Shown: positions 1 through 15,381 of the stretch, in pieces | Numbering within the stretch: the first letter of the stretch is position 1 | How the letters are laid out: each line of letters opens with the position of its first letter | Assembly (NCBI RefSeq): GCF_009914755.1 | Contig: NC_060927.1 | Strand: one strand, 5' to 3' | Source: the human T2T-CHM13v2.0 reference genome, Homo sapiens | Length of the DNA stretch: 64,000 nucleotides | Translations under genes and position numbers: made by a program | Notes under the pieces: model-generated | The model's database searches: none | What the model was told of the DNA's origin: nothing | The model's input: the letters and a program-made list of their open reading frames with translations, nothing else

Positions 1-218
1 TCAAACTGCTGAAAACTAAAGACAGAGAAAAATTGGAAAATTTCCAGAGGGGAAAAAAGATACATTACATAAAGAGGAACTAAAGTAAGACTTAGAGTAG
101 ACTTCTCATCAGACTATGTAGGTCAGAAGCAATGTAGTGACATCTTGAAAGAAAAAACAAAAAGCCCCAAAACAAAAGCAAAAAGCAAAAAACAACTGTC
201 AACCCAGAATTCTAAACT

Positions 219-261
<43 letters not shown>

Positions 262-1215
262 CTTTCAAAATGAAGATGAAATAAAGACTTTTTTCAAGGT
301 TGGTTAATAGATACAGAAATATAGTTAAGTAGAAGGCACAAGATCTAGCATTTGATAGTGCAGTAGGGTAACTATAGTTAACAATAGTTTATTGTATAAT
401 TCAAAACTGCTAGAAAAGAAGAATTGGAATATTCCTGACATAAATAAAATATAAATGTTTAAAGTGATGAATACCCCATTATCCTGATTTGATCACTGTA
501 CATGGAATGAATGTATTAAAATACCACATATATCCTTGAAATATGTACAACTATTACATATTAATTGTTTTAAAAGATTTTTTTTAGGCCAGAAAAAGAA
601 AAAAGCTGAATTCACTGCCAGTAGACCTGTTCACATGAAGTGTTAAAGGACATTTTTCAGGCAGAAGAAATGTGAAACCAAACAGAAACTCAAAGAAATT
701 AAGAGTTCCCAAAATGGGAAAAAGATGAAGGTAAACATAAGACTTTTTTTCTTATATTTAATCACTCTAAAAGATAAATTATTGTCTAAAGTAAAAATAA
801 AGAGAATGTATTATAGAATTTATGGCATATGAAAAAGTGAAATATATAACAGCACAAAAGACAGAAAAGAGAATTATACTGTTGAAAGATATTTACGCTA
901 TATATATAATAGCATAAAATTATTTGAAGATATTCAGTAAAGAACTAGAGATGGATGATATTATAAATACCAGCACAAACACTAAAAATAGGGAGTGTTT
1001 AACCAATAAGCCAATGTGGACATAAAATGGAATCATAAAAAAAAAATTCAGTTAATCCAAATCCAAGAAGAAAAAGAAGAAAAAAGGAACAAAGAACAAA
1101 GGAGACAAATAGAAAAGAACAAGATGGTAGATTTAAATCTAAGTGTATCAATAATTCCACTAAATGTAAATGATCTAAATACTGTGATTAAAAATAGAAA
1201 GAAAAAGTCATTTTA
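1..1215 (+). mobile_element. Old L1M fragment (ORF1 end/inter-ORF/ORF2 start) with a nested L1MA-type 3' end at ~298-580
   Basis: L1-like motifs gacttctcatcag, tgtcaacccagaattcta, ctaaatgtaaatgatctaaat. Confidence 0.7.
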
Positions 1216-1612
1216 AAAGCAATTCACAAGTCCTCACTAAAATTAGAAAGACTAAAGGGACAAAACAGTGAGGAAATAATGGATAACTCAACAAATAGTG
1301 CTGGAGTAAATGGCTATCATTATAAAAATAAATAAAATTACCTTTCATCATGTCCAAAAATGCAAAAAGAAGGAAGCAAACACGAGAGTCCTAACTGTAA
1401 AAAGTACACTGCTTTTCCAGGTCATGACTCTTTTTCTGAGAACTACACTCCTGGTCTTCAATACTCATGTTTGTTACTCTGGCTTGGGTCCCGCAGCTGT
1501 AAGTTACTAGACCTAAGGTGAATATTTGTCCCAAGCTAGACCAATCAGATGTTTTTCACAGGAATTAGAATTTGGACTCAGTGGTTATAGTTAATCTATA
1601 TTACTCAACTGA

Positions 1613-1917
<305 letters not shown>

Positions 1918-2399
1918 CACAACAGCCATTTTCTAAATTGCAATTTAAACAATCTGAATGGTCACGAAACACATGGAAATGGGTTCTAAAACAGAATTAA
2001 CCGACTCAAGGGTCTAATATTCTGTTAAACAGAATGATCCCTGCTCTACCACAGAACACATTTTTTATAACCAAAATATATTCTTTTTCAGATTATATTA
2101 AATTTTGCTTATTGCCGATAAGTTTCAACCTAAGTATCTTTGCTCTCAAGTAAAGTTTTGAGTGCAAACTCAATATGATTATACACATTCTTATTTTATT
2201 AAAACAATACTGTCAATATAAACAGGAGTTGTTTTGAAGCTTCCAGAAAGATTTGCAAAGAATATAAAACAAACAATAACTCAAACTTTCAGGATGTTAG
2301 ATTTCCTTATATCTTTAATTTATCTCATCTAAAAGAAGAGTGAAATTTCCATTATGGTTTTAAAGGCAGTGAGTGTGATATCCTATTCTACAATTCACT

Positions 2400-2625
2400 C
2401 CAGCATAGTAATTAAGGGCAAGGATTTGAAAGTCAGATTGCCTGGATTCAAATTCTGACTCTATCACTTATTCACTAAGTTATCTTTACTAATTTAAAAT
2501 TACTAAATCATTCTGGGCTTCAATTTCCTCATCTATAAAATGGGATAATAATAATACCTAACTCACAGGATGTTGTGAAGATGTAGGGCACTTAGACTAG
2601 TATCTGATAAATCTAAGAGCTCCAT
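2400..2625 (+). mobile_element. MIR
   Basis: MIR core ttcctcatctataaaatgggataata. Confidence 0.75.
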
Positions 2626-2899
2626 AGTATCTATCACAGCATATTTGAGACACAGTCCCATGAAAAGACTTTTAAAATTAGATGATAGTGTCACTACATA
2701 ACCATTATAGAAAACTATTTCTCAAAGGAAAGTAGTTTTCCAAGTTTTTCAAAGTGATATAAATAAAAGGATAACAATAAAGGCCATTTGAAAAGTTTTT
2801 ATAGTTATCAGACTAACAATGATAGCTAATAAAAAAGGTACCCATGAAATTGCATAAATTATCAAGTTACTGTATCTTGAAGATGGGTAGCAATACCTA

Positions 2900-3640
2900 G
2901 TTAAAACAAGTACATTGTATAGCCAGAAACTAGAAATAGCCCAGAGGTCCATCTGTAGGAGAATACATAAACAGTGATATATTCATAAAATGGAACTCAG
3001 CAACAAAAAATAGGAACAGAGTACCAATGCATGCAATAACATGGATAAATCTCAGAAAAAAATATGCCAAATAAGCCTTACCCAATAACATATACATTAT
3101 GATTCCTTTATATGAAATTCTAGAAGTAATCCATACAAAAATAACCTAGGCAAAACTAACCTATGGCGGGAAATAATCAGAACAATTATTTCCTGGGGTG
3201 GGATGAGGGTAGGGATTTACTGGAAAGGAACATGAGGAGACTTCCCTGGTGGTAGTCATGTTTTGTATCTTGATAGAGATTTGGGTTACACCAGTGTATA
3301 TCTTTGTTAGAACTCACTGAATGGTATGGTTTTGTGTATTTCATGTATGTAAATTTTACCTCAAAAGAATAAAACATAAGCAAATATTGAACTTTAGTTG
3401 ATGATATGCATGCTGAAGTACCTGGAAGGAAGCATACCTATGTCTGCCATTTACATGGAAATGCATTTTAAAAGATGGGTTGACGGAGTGATAGAGGGAA
3501 GGACAGGTACATGATAAAGCAGCAAGAATACTAAAATGTTAATTGCAGAATCTAGGAGGTGGTAGTTATATTGGTGCTTATGATAAAATTCTTTCAACGT
3601 TTCTATATGTTTGAAAACTTTCAAACAGAACAACAGAAAA
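2900..3640 (+). mobile_element. Old L1M 3' UTR fragment
   Basis: catggataaatctcag, tatgattcctttatatgaaattctag motifs. Confidence 0.65.
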
Positions 3641-3663
3641 AACAAATAGTTTATATTTCTTAC

Positions 3664-3809
3664 CAACGCCTACAGTTGTTAACGATCACTCCGTTATCTA
3701 TGGAAAATGTATCTGTTGGTAAACCAGCAATATTCCAAGCTCTAATTTTTACTGGATCACCCAGGGTTTTACTCAACAAGAACTCCTCTGAACACGGGAT
3801 TTTTTTCTT
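3664..3809 (-). CDS. DNAH12: DNAH12 exon (KKKIPCS...WNIAGLPTDTFSIDNG...CRR), entry to AAA5 region
   Basis: 146 nt, TG|GTAAGA donor, GLP.D..S..N motif. Confidence 0.94.
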
Positions 3810-4110
3810 CTGTAAGAAATAAACAAAAATCTATTTTCCTTCACCTTGTTAACTGAAATATTTTTTAAATTAAAATATTGGTTTAATTGTCACTAGGCAT
3901 TATTTAATAACTCTAAGGAACAGAAAGAAAAGAAATTAAAAGTTGAATAGTGGAAGTATTTTACTGATGAAACAAGAAGCAAAAAAAGAAAGACCCCATG
4001 TTTTCAGTTATTTCTTCTCTTCTGCCATTATTATCATCCTTTCCCCCAAAATATCCCAAAACATACTTTGGATGTTCTAAAACAAGACTTACAAAATATA
4101 AAACCACTAC

Positions 4111-4258
4111 CTTGCACAACATGCTCCAATCTTTTGTACATGTTTGTCGAAAGCCAGAAGTGAAAGCACCAAGGTAAGCTATTACTCCTGCTGATACTAA
4201 GACATCGCCAGTTAAATTTTCATATGTTATCTGAAGGTCATCTGCAGCTTGGGCCCAT
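4111..4258 (-). CDS. DNAH12: DNAH12 exon (WAQAADDL...GDVLVSAGVIAYLGAFT...LCK)
   Basis: 148 nt, phase 2 to 0. Confidence 0.94.
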
Positions 4259-5273
4259 CTGTGCCATCAACCAAAGGCAAAACAGATTTACAACAGAGAA
4301 TGATGGGAGACAGTAATATAAAGGGCAAGGGTTTCCAGTCCAATTCTGTAACAAAAAGCTATAAAATTTGGACACCTGCTTATCTGTAAAATGAGGTTGG
4401 AACCCTTCTAGCTCTTATACGCTATAACATGTATCTATATTATGTGAATGACAATCTTCCTTTCATTATTAGAATATTAGACATTTCTTGCAGGACTTGG
4501 CCCTTCAGAAAAAGAAAAAAAAAAACAAAACCCAAACACCAACATTTTGCCTAATAATTTTCTCTTGGATGATTTGGTCTAGTGGCTGTGCTATTTGTTT
4601 TAGTATTTATTGTTAGACTGTAAAACATATGAACATTTGCAATTCATTACCAAAAATTACATTTAAGCTGTATAGAAGCTGACATACTAAGATTGGTATT
4701 TTTCCCATTTAATGAAACCCATACAATAAAAAAGTGTATTCCAAAACTATCTAATCTGTACTACAAAGTCTTGTCAAAGACACATTGTTACTTTATCATG
4801 CTATTCATTCAATGAATAGAATAAATGAAACAGCTGGCTGTCCAATCCAAGTAAATACATTAGAATAAAGCTTACTGGCTTTGTTAGATCAAGCCAGTTA
4901 TATCTTCCTTAACATAAAATTTAACCAATGAACCATGCATTCACTGATCCCTCCAAACATTACAAAAAATTTTGAACATACATAAAATTGGAAAGAACTG
5001 TACAACAAACAACTACATACTTACCACTTGGATTTAAAAAATTGTTACCATTTGCCTTGTTTGCCTCTTTTAAAAGACCATGTGAAAGCAATTTGTAAAC
5101 ACCATCCTCAAGACTGATATCCTTGTTTGGAGAAGCCTGGCCAGGTGTCTTCCAGAATGTCCCACATTCTCAACCAGCCATTGTAAAATCAGTAATCACA
5201 ATAAATACCCAAAGAAGGTCACATATTCAAGGCTGACATTCCTAAATCTTGCTAAAACAAATAGAAATCTGAC

Positions 5274-5515
5274 CTTGATTTTTCTCCACCCAGTCCTCCA
5301 ATTAATTGTGAGGCTCTTTCAAGCTTCTTAGCACAGAGTTCCACCTGGTCTTCTAAAGCAGCCTTTTCCTCTGTTTTCTCAAGAAATGTCATTTGTAAAT
5401 TTTCCAGATGATGTTCTACTTCTGCCAGTTCTGCTCTCTTCTGATTCAAAAGCTCCATTGTCTCAGCTAAAGACTTCTGAGCTTCTGATAAGCGAGCTTT
5501 CTTAGGAGCCACTAC
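5274..5515 (-). CDS. DNAH12: DNAH12 exon, stalk CC2 (VVAPKK...KLERASQLIGGLGGEKS)
   Basis: 242 nt, phase 0 to 2; atypical acceptor cttcccaaaaAG. Confidence 0.94.
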
Positions 5516-7450
5516 CTTTTTGGGAAGAATATATGCAGATATGATGTGTACTTTGCAAAACTGATATCTATATAATTCCTCCCTTATAAATATTATGGAT
5601 TAGAAATGCATTGTAATAAATTATATAAACATTTTGCCTTAAATCTTCTGTTTTCACATACAAAGTAAAATATACCTATATATTTTATAAAATAGATAAA
5701 TCTGGACTAGCAAATTGTTACCTATAAAATAGATAATTTATACTAGGCTAACAAAATGTCAAAATATGTAGCAAAAATGTCACAAGATGTCTCAAAATAA
5801 TGAGTAGGTGTCACTTAACTGTTGTCAAATAACAGAAAAACATATAACATGAAATAATAAGTGTTTGTTTAAACACATGAATATGTTTTGGGTGTTTTTT
5901 TTTTCCTTTCCAAGCTTGTGATTTTCTTCCCAGTCAGACTGAGGCTTACATCTGCCTTGCCAGGATTAGAGCAGTGATGGTGGAAATAAAAAGGAAGAAA
6001 ACCTCAATGCTCAGTTTCACTACCAAAACTGAATTTTCCCCAACAAATACTGAAAAGCCACACTTGACTGAGAGAAAAGGGATTTCCTAAAGTTTTTTTG
6101 TTATGCTCATCAGGCTATCAAGAATGCAGTTTGGCCAACTGGATCACCAAGCATCCTCCAAGCCCTTGGTACAAAGAATGGAGAAGATGACCAGAGAGAG
6201 TGTGTGCCTGTTAGAAAGAAGATAGACCTAACTCTTCTGGTAAATTGCTGTGAATGAAGCTGAAGGCAAGGAGGGACAAGAGAGAGAGAGCAGTGTATCA
6301 GACACAAAATGCCCTGCTTTCTCTCTGCTGCACTGAAATCATGAAAGAAAATGTGTTAAATAAGTAGACAGAAAGCAGGAAGCTCTCTTTTCTGCTTCTG
6401 ACTTCAGAGAAGACATTGTTGCATATTTCTCTCCCATGCTTCTGTATCAGCATGGGGCAGCTTGTATCAGAATAAAAATGGCAGTGTGGAGTTATAGAGT
6501 GGGAAGGCAGGAAAAAGCCTGAGTGCCTTGGCTTCTCTGCTTTGTAGAAAGGATCCACAAGATTCCACACATCTGTGGAACATGTGGAAATTAGCTGAGC
6601 TACCATGAGACTACTGTGTGAAGGGACAAGATGTTTAATGGAAAGACATCCTAGATAAAATTAATTTTATTTCTTTAACAGGTTTATTCAGGTCTGCTCC
6701 TTTGAAACTAACAAAGTCTCTATCTCTCTACAGGTACATGTACATATATCATTTAGGAAGACCTTCCCAATTATTACAGCTTGATCATTTATTCTATCTT
6801 CTGAGCTTGTTTTAAACACAAGCTACCATATATTTTCATCTACACCTTTTTATTTATATTTCTTTCTTCCTTAGGTAGAATTCTGCAAGCTGCAAGGGCA
6901 AAGCCTTTGTTGCCCTGGTCCTTTGCTAGCCAAATTTAGAAAATGCTCTTAACTATTCTCTGCTCTCCCAGAAATTTGGACCCAGTGGGTATTCCATAAA
7001 AGGTTCTATGTCAATGCATGTTCTTGTTTCAGGGGATCTTTCCATGCTCTGCCTCTTAACTCTGCTGGATCCTCTTACTTCTGATCCTTTGAATCAACTT
7101 TTTAATCTGGCACTTTCCCCTTGATGTTTTAGATTTTTCTTTGCTTCTGCCTCATCAAATCTTAATTCCATTTTCTCCTGGGTCCTAAAGCTATAAGTAA
7201 ATCTGACTAATTCTACTCATGATCCCTGCTCCTGCATCACTACCACCCACACCAGCCCCAACCAGGTTATGTTATGCACAAATATTCTCCTCGTCTGCTA
7301 GGTATGCAATCAATATATGATAGTACACTACAGCAGAACAAATTCTCTGTGTGGTCACTTTGAGAAACTTCTTAACCAGTAAATATAAGCACAGATTCTA
7401 ATTCCTGGGAATATCTTAGTAGAACACAGATGTGCTAATGTTGAAAGTAC

Positions 7451-7591
7451 CTTTGCAACTCTGTCGTACACTTCCATGGCCATGATCCACTTACACAGAC
7501 CCTCAGCTGCAGAAGAAGCTTTAGCAACCTTAGGGGGATCAAATTCAGGGTTCATTAAGTATTCACTACGAATCTTCTGCATAACAGTCAC
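7451..7591 (-). CDS. DNAH12: DNAH12 exon, MTBD/CC2 (VTVMQK...GLCKWIMAMEVYDRVAK)
   Basis: 141 nt, phase 0-0. Confidence 0.95.
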
Positions 7592-7851
7592 CTATACAAC
7601 AAAGATTTAAATTTTAAAATTTCAATATAGATCACATAATCATCAGATGGAAAAAAATCATATACAATAAAAACATTTATATAAAAAAGTTAATGTTGGC
7701 TTTAAAAGCCAAAATAAGTATTTTGAAATAATTTAAAAATAAGCATAATTGTAGCAGAAGTATGTCATATTTGTGAGCAAAATATGCAAATGTATTACAG
7801 ATATTAAGGCAAAATGTTTCTTCCAAAAATATTAAAAGACTTACAAGTTTA

Positions 7852-8262
<411 letters not shown>

Positions 8263-8571
8263 TTACATAAATTTGTGTATCAGATTTCTTAATAATTAAT
8301 TTATCATAACAAGACATTTAGACAACTCTTTCAACTCAATTATACACTAAAAGAGTATCTTCTTAAATAACTTTTTAACTATCTGAGACAGCAATGGTTT
8401 TAAACATTATGAAAACTCATAGTATCATTAATAAAGGTAATATCTCTTTATTAATTATCTTAATCCTAAAATGGACTATTTCTGTATGTGTTGTAAACTA
8501 TTGCATAATATTAACGTTCTTAAACATTTTAGCCAAGTCACATTTATAGAAAAAAACCCAATGCAACTCAC

Positions 8572-9125
<554 letters not shown>

Positions 9126-9532
9126 TAAACATAAAATATTTTTAAATATGGAAATGCATTTATATAGACTGAATTTGTTTAAAAAAGTAAACACTGAAAG
9201 GAAAATAATGGTTATTTCTTTTGAAAACTTAAGCTACTTGCATAAACGCCATCACAATTTCATATAAGAAAATAAATTTTTATTACTTCTAAATTTATTT
9301 TCCTTTATTCTTTGACTCTTTCAAATAAGAAAAGTAGCAAACTTTTTCTTAAAGACAAATTCCGCACTTACCTAGGCTCTCCAAGCGAAATTAAAGGAGA
9401 AAGCAGAAGGCCAAAGAGTACACATTGCTCTGCCAACCATAGGGTAAAAGCACATGCTACTTATATTGGCAAAAGAGCTGAAATAACCAGCTGAAAGTTC
9501 TTTTTTTCTACTTCCGGAAGCCTGATAGGGAG

Positions 9533-9554
9533 GTGTGTGTGTGTGTGTGTGTGT
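9533..9554. repeat. (GT)11 microsatellite
   Basis: Direct reading. Confidence 0.95.
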
Positions 9555-10164
9555 AAATGAGAATAACTTAATAAGGTAAGAGCCTATTTATTTTCTTTAT
9601 TATCTCAATGAAGGACAGAATGGCCAAAAAAAAAAATCTAATTCTTTAATTCAGGAATTTAAACCCAGGTATTAAAAAAACCTGAAAATAAAATTAGTCT
9701 GTAAATTCAGTTTAGAATGGATACTATGCCTTCCTTTTTAAGGGATGTATCCTGGAATAATAATTATAATAATAACAGCTAACATTTATTGTGTACTTAT
9801 TGTTTGTGAGGCTTTACACCTAAGAACTTTATATGTATTAACTAATCTAATTCTCTTATTAGCTTTTTGAGGTAGATACTATGAGTACCATCTTTTTTTA
9901 ATGGAATTCCACACATGTTAAATACCTTAACCAAGGTCACACTGCTAGTGGGGTCCGGATTTCTGAATACAGACATTCTAGCTCCAGGGCACATGCTTTT
10001 AACAACTTTGCTATACTGCTTAACTCAGATGTTTTGGAATACCCAGAAAGGATCTTAGCTGGAAAAGTACAGGCACCTCAGTGTTCATTTAGTTCCAAGC
10101 CCATGGTAGTGGAGAATTCTGCATAGACAGAAAAGGAGATGGAAGCAACTAGAACCATATATAT

Positions 10165-10381
<217 letters not shown>

Positions 10382-10554
10382 AACCACGTTTTTTGACACT
10401 ACATTGTCTTAGCTTTACCCTAGAATATATACAGACAATATCTGGAAAACAATGTTTCTTCCCTAATTTGGGTACTGTTGATATTTGATAATAGTTGCTG
10501 CTGACAAGTTCTATACATTCATGAATATGATTCAAATCTGTGTCAAGTTATTAC

Positions 10555-10686
10555 CTTGCCTCCAGTCCCTGAAGGATCTGAAATTTTTTCTGGTTTTATA
10601 TCTTTCATGACACAAACAGCAGCCATAACTAGTTTAACACCAGATGGAGGATTCTTCATTGATTTCACAATCGTAATGTCGGCTGG
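10555..10686 (-). CDS. DNAH12: DNAH12 exon, MTBD (PADITIVKSMKNPPSGVKLV...DPSGTGGK)
   Basis: 132 nt, phase 0-0. Confidence 0.95.
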
Positions 10687-11129
10687 CTAAAAGAAAAAAA
10701 CAAAAAACAAACAGGACATATTCAGAATAGTTTACTTTTAAATAATGAAAAATTTTAAAGTAATGTTGGGGAATAATAAAAGCATCCCTTTTTATTTGAA
10801 ATCAAAGTTTTTTTTTTTTCTTTTTTTACTTCAGGTTATGAAAGAATTAACAAAAGAGAATTCAGCACAGATTAAGACTAATGGTTCTCAAATGTTGGGA
10901 GGGGTCAGTCATAGATGCCTATGAGAATATAATGGCAGCTATAAATCCACCAGAAAATATAATTTTTCACATATACAATCACATACCACACCCATACGTG
11001 GAACCTAAGTTAAGAATCCTAATTTAGACAAAGACTTAACTCTATATTTGCTTATATATATTAGTTCTATTGAAGAAGATGAAAGAAGAGGTACGTCCCA
11101 ATTCCAAACCTATTTTCTAAAAAGGTATA

Positions 11130-12350
11130 TATTGTTATAATAGATAGTATAGATTCACTTACCCACTCCAATATATTTCTGACATTTCTTGCAAGATGCA
11201 AATGCTGGAAAGCTAACAACTATATATCTTAGTTTTTCATGCAATTAAAGTTCTGGGTGAGAATTAGATTCCAGATCACTTGAGTGATACTAGAATTCAG
11301 ACAAATGGGGAGAGTGGCAGGGTGCAAGACATCCATTGTGACAATATAGATTACAGTGGAGGTTACGTGGCAGTGTAGGAAGCTCTGGAGGCTTCCTACT
11401 CAGAGAGACAGCTGCTCTAGTAGACCATTTCCGCAGCGTGGCTTTGTGAGTCATTCCTGGAAGCTCAGCCTGGGATCTGATTCTTTTACCTCTTCCAACA
11501 ATTCTGTAATCCATTTATAAAATTCCCTGAAGAATCTTTGTCTACTTATACTAAAATCAACTCTCTTCTCTGAAACTGAACTCTAACTCAGGTAATACAG
11601 CATTTGATATCAGGAAGGGTATAAGCAACAGACTCTCAATGAAAGGGGAACCTAATATTAATGACCTAAATTGGTGAGAGTTTGAAGCCATCAAGAATCC
11701 TATATCAGGGGATGGAGTGCTGCAGATTCATGGAACATAGGGAGAAGTTACTTAAATTAATGCTCATGGTCACCTAGAATGGAGTGCCTCTTAAAAAAAG
11801 GCTTTGTCAAACTAAGTAGCTGCTGTAATAAATCTCTAAGGAGAGAATGCAGAAAGATCACAGGGTAATAAGTGACTCTTAAATGTGCCAGAAATTAGCC
11901 AGGCATGGTGTCATGTGACTGTAGTCCCAGCTACTCAGGAAGCTGAGTTGGGGTGGGGGGCGGGGGGGATTACTTTAGCCCAAAAGTTTCAGGTTGTGGT
12001 GAGCTATGATCACATCGTTGCACTCCAACCTGGGTGACAGAGTGAGACCCTGTCTTAAAAAAAAAAAAAAAGGAGAAAAGAAAAGAAAAAAAGTACTGAG
12101 AGCATGAAGAAAGAATATAGTAAGCTCAGAGTTTTAAATTCCTGATTCACAGCACTAGGAAATTTCTATAAATGCCCTAAAACAATCTTGTCTTATAACT
12201 ACAGGGCTGATGTTACTGAAAAATCAGAGTTCGATCCTGTGAGATGCTGAATTACCCACAGGTTGAGTTTACAGTCTTGTCAGGCCTGTTACATGAAACA
12301 GTATTGATTAGGAAAAAAGGCAAAGAATGGGACCTGAATACACTGTTGAC
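11130..12350. mobile_element. Old ERVL/MaLR LTR plus internal remnant, interrupted by an Alu right monomer (11893-12092)
   Basis: LTR-like 3' end (ctctaact...aataca) followed by internal-like sequence; family uncertain. Confidence 0.45.
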
Positions 12351-12356
12351 TCCCTA

Positions 12357-12972
<616 letters not shown>

Positions 12973-13125
12973 TCAAAGGTAAACTGTTAAGAGCCAAGTT
13001 TCATTTGACTGGACAAAAACAATATAATATCACCCACTGAAATACAGCCATTTCTAATAAGCCAAATACCCATATTCAGCTTCCCTTGGTTGATGAAACA
13101 CAAAGTAGCTAATTCAAACACTTGC

Positions 13126-13302
13126 CTTAAGTGTATCCAGTGCAGACAGAGCTGCTTCCAAGGCTGGAATCGCCTCAGCTAGGTCACTTTCACACTCATT
13201 TTTCAGAGCTTGGGCTTCTTCAGCTTTCCCACTGGCTATCTCTTCATCCAATTTCACAAATTGTCTTTTCGCTTCCACTTGTACAGACTCTATCTCAATA
13301 AC
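13126..13302 (-). CDS. DNAH12: DNAH12 exon, stalk CC1 (VIEIES...DLAEAIPALEAALSALDTLK), GC donor
   Basis: 177 nt; only AAG|GCAAGT keeps frame with the next exon. Confidence 0.92.
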
Positions 13303-13644
13303 CTAAAGAGGTGAAAGATGAAGACAATTTCTCAAACACCCTATTGCTTTCTCAATCCTAGACAAAAGAATATTTGAAAATTAGGGAATCTAACATATCA
13401 TTTTGAAGGATAGAAGGGTCTATAATAAAATGAGGATATACAAATACATGTGAACTAATTTGGAAATGGGCTTCAAAATTCCTTCAAAAAAGACAGAACC
13501 CACGTTAGACCCAGTGAGATAGCCAGTCAATGGAAAAGGGTAAAGTCTCTAAAGTCTAGTAGCAAAACATTAACCCTTATTTTCAAGGCTAATTTTACTT
13601 ATTTCAATTGTCCTTTGACATCAAAAACATTCAGGATACTCTAC

Positions 13645-13725
13645 CTGCATCATATTTGCATTTTCAATTTTAGCTTCCTCCAATTTGGGCTGTAATTCAA
13701 CAAGCTCCATTTGCATTTCACCAAC
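13645..13725 (-). CDS. DNAH12: DNAH12 exon, stalk CC1 (VGEMQMELVELQPKL...MMQ)
   Basis: 81 nt, phase 0-0. Confidence 0.93.
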
Positions 13726-13895
13726 CTAAAGAGACAGTTTATAATATGATTAAGTTTCCATTGCTATAATTGCTATTGAAACCAAATGCAGAAAATAGAA
13801 ATTTAAATGTATCCATAAAAGTATTGGAGCAGAAAATCTTAACTTTTTCTTCTAGTTCTTTGTATGACAAACAAAACTATGAAAGTGTGGGCCAG

Positions 13896-14182
13896 GGCCA
13901 AGCACGGTGGCTCACATCTGTAATCCTAGCACTTTGGGAGGTCAAGGCCGGTGGACTGCCTGAGCTCAGGAGTTTGAGATAAGCCTGGGGAACATGGTGA
14001 AATCCCATCTCTACTAAAAATAAAAATATTTGCCAGGCGTGGCAGCATGTGCCTGTAATCCCAGCTACTTGGGAGGGTGAGACAAGAGAATTGCTTGAAC
14101 CCGGGAGGTGGAGCTGCAGTGAGCCGAGATTGCACCATTGCAATCCAGCCTGGGTGACAGAGTGACACTCCATCTAAAAAAA
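13896..14182 (+). mobile_element. Alu
   Basis: TSD gaaagtgtgggYcag. Confidence 0.95.
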
Positions 14183-14736
14183 GAAAGTGTGGGTCAGTTT
14201 TCTTCACAAAAGACCTCAGTAGGAGAATGCAGTCACCATGGAAGAAATGTAGATTGAAAACAAAGCAGCATCTCAGAGTATTCCCGATATATTATGTGCA
14301 TGACATGATACAAAGATCAACCAACCAAACCTCTATTACTTACGTTGAACTAACACTAGTAAGTATTACTAGCACTTGACTCATTAAAAAAACCACAAAT
14401 CTTATATTTAACCAGCTTTTACAATAAAAAGCGACCTAAACTTATATTCTCTTAAATGGTAAAAAATTAATTAAAAATAAAACATTATATATTTGAGTCT
14501 GTGTGATCTAGGCAACTTATTGAACTTCTGTAAAACTTACTGTACTCATTTGTAAAATGAGGATCACAGAAGTGTCCACCTTATAGAGTTGTTATGAAGA
14601 ATAACTGAAGGAATAGATGTGAAAGACATAACAAAGAGCCTGGCATATCACATATTCTCAATAAATTGTAGCTTGTATTATTATTTCTTATACTTCTCAG
14701 TATATATTACCATTTTGAGCAGCTCATCAAATTTAC

Positions 14737-14899
14737 CTGAGACTCAGCAAAAGCTAATTTGTCAAGCCCATTCATGTATCGTTGTTTTGCTTCCATGACA
14801 GCTTGTCGCTTCTGTGTCAAAAGCTGTCGAAATGAGCCAATGAGTTCAAGATAAGAAGTAGCAGTAACATAGTTATGTCGTCCTAACTCATGCAAGAAC
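14737..14899 (-). CDS. DNAH12: DNAH12 exon (FLHELGRHNYVTATSYLE...GLDKLAFAESQ), stalk CC1 start
   Basis: 163 nt, phase 2 to 0. Confidence 0.95.
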
Positions 14900-15381
14900 C
14901 TAAAAGAGAGGCAGGTAACATAGCTCACTTTAAGTAATGGATTTCACAAAAAGGTAAATTCAACATACCATTAACAGACATTTAATAAAGATTACATTTT
15001 ATACAGAAGCTACTGAGTACTTGAACATTTTAAGACTAGAATCCTACATATTACCACATTATAATTTCTTGTCTCTAAAATACCAACTAGTGGTGACATA
15101 TTTAAAAGGCACAAATCAAGTGAGATCCTATCTTTTAAAAAACCACAAATCAACAAATATGTCTAATAAAAGATGAACTACAACAAGAAAGAATCAGACT
15201 ATTTCACATGTTTCATAAGCCAGGAGGATCTAACTTGGTAAGAGACCCAAGATATCATGTAAACCAGGTTAAGTACAGTAGGAAAGGGGATAGCAGATAA
15301 GATAGCAAATACATGTGAATTAATTTGGAAATGGCCTTCACAAATCCCTTCATTGTCATTTTTAAATTCACTAATATTAAC

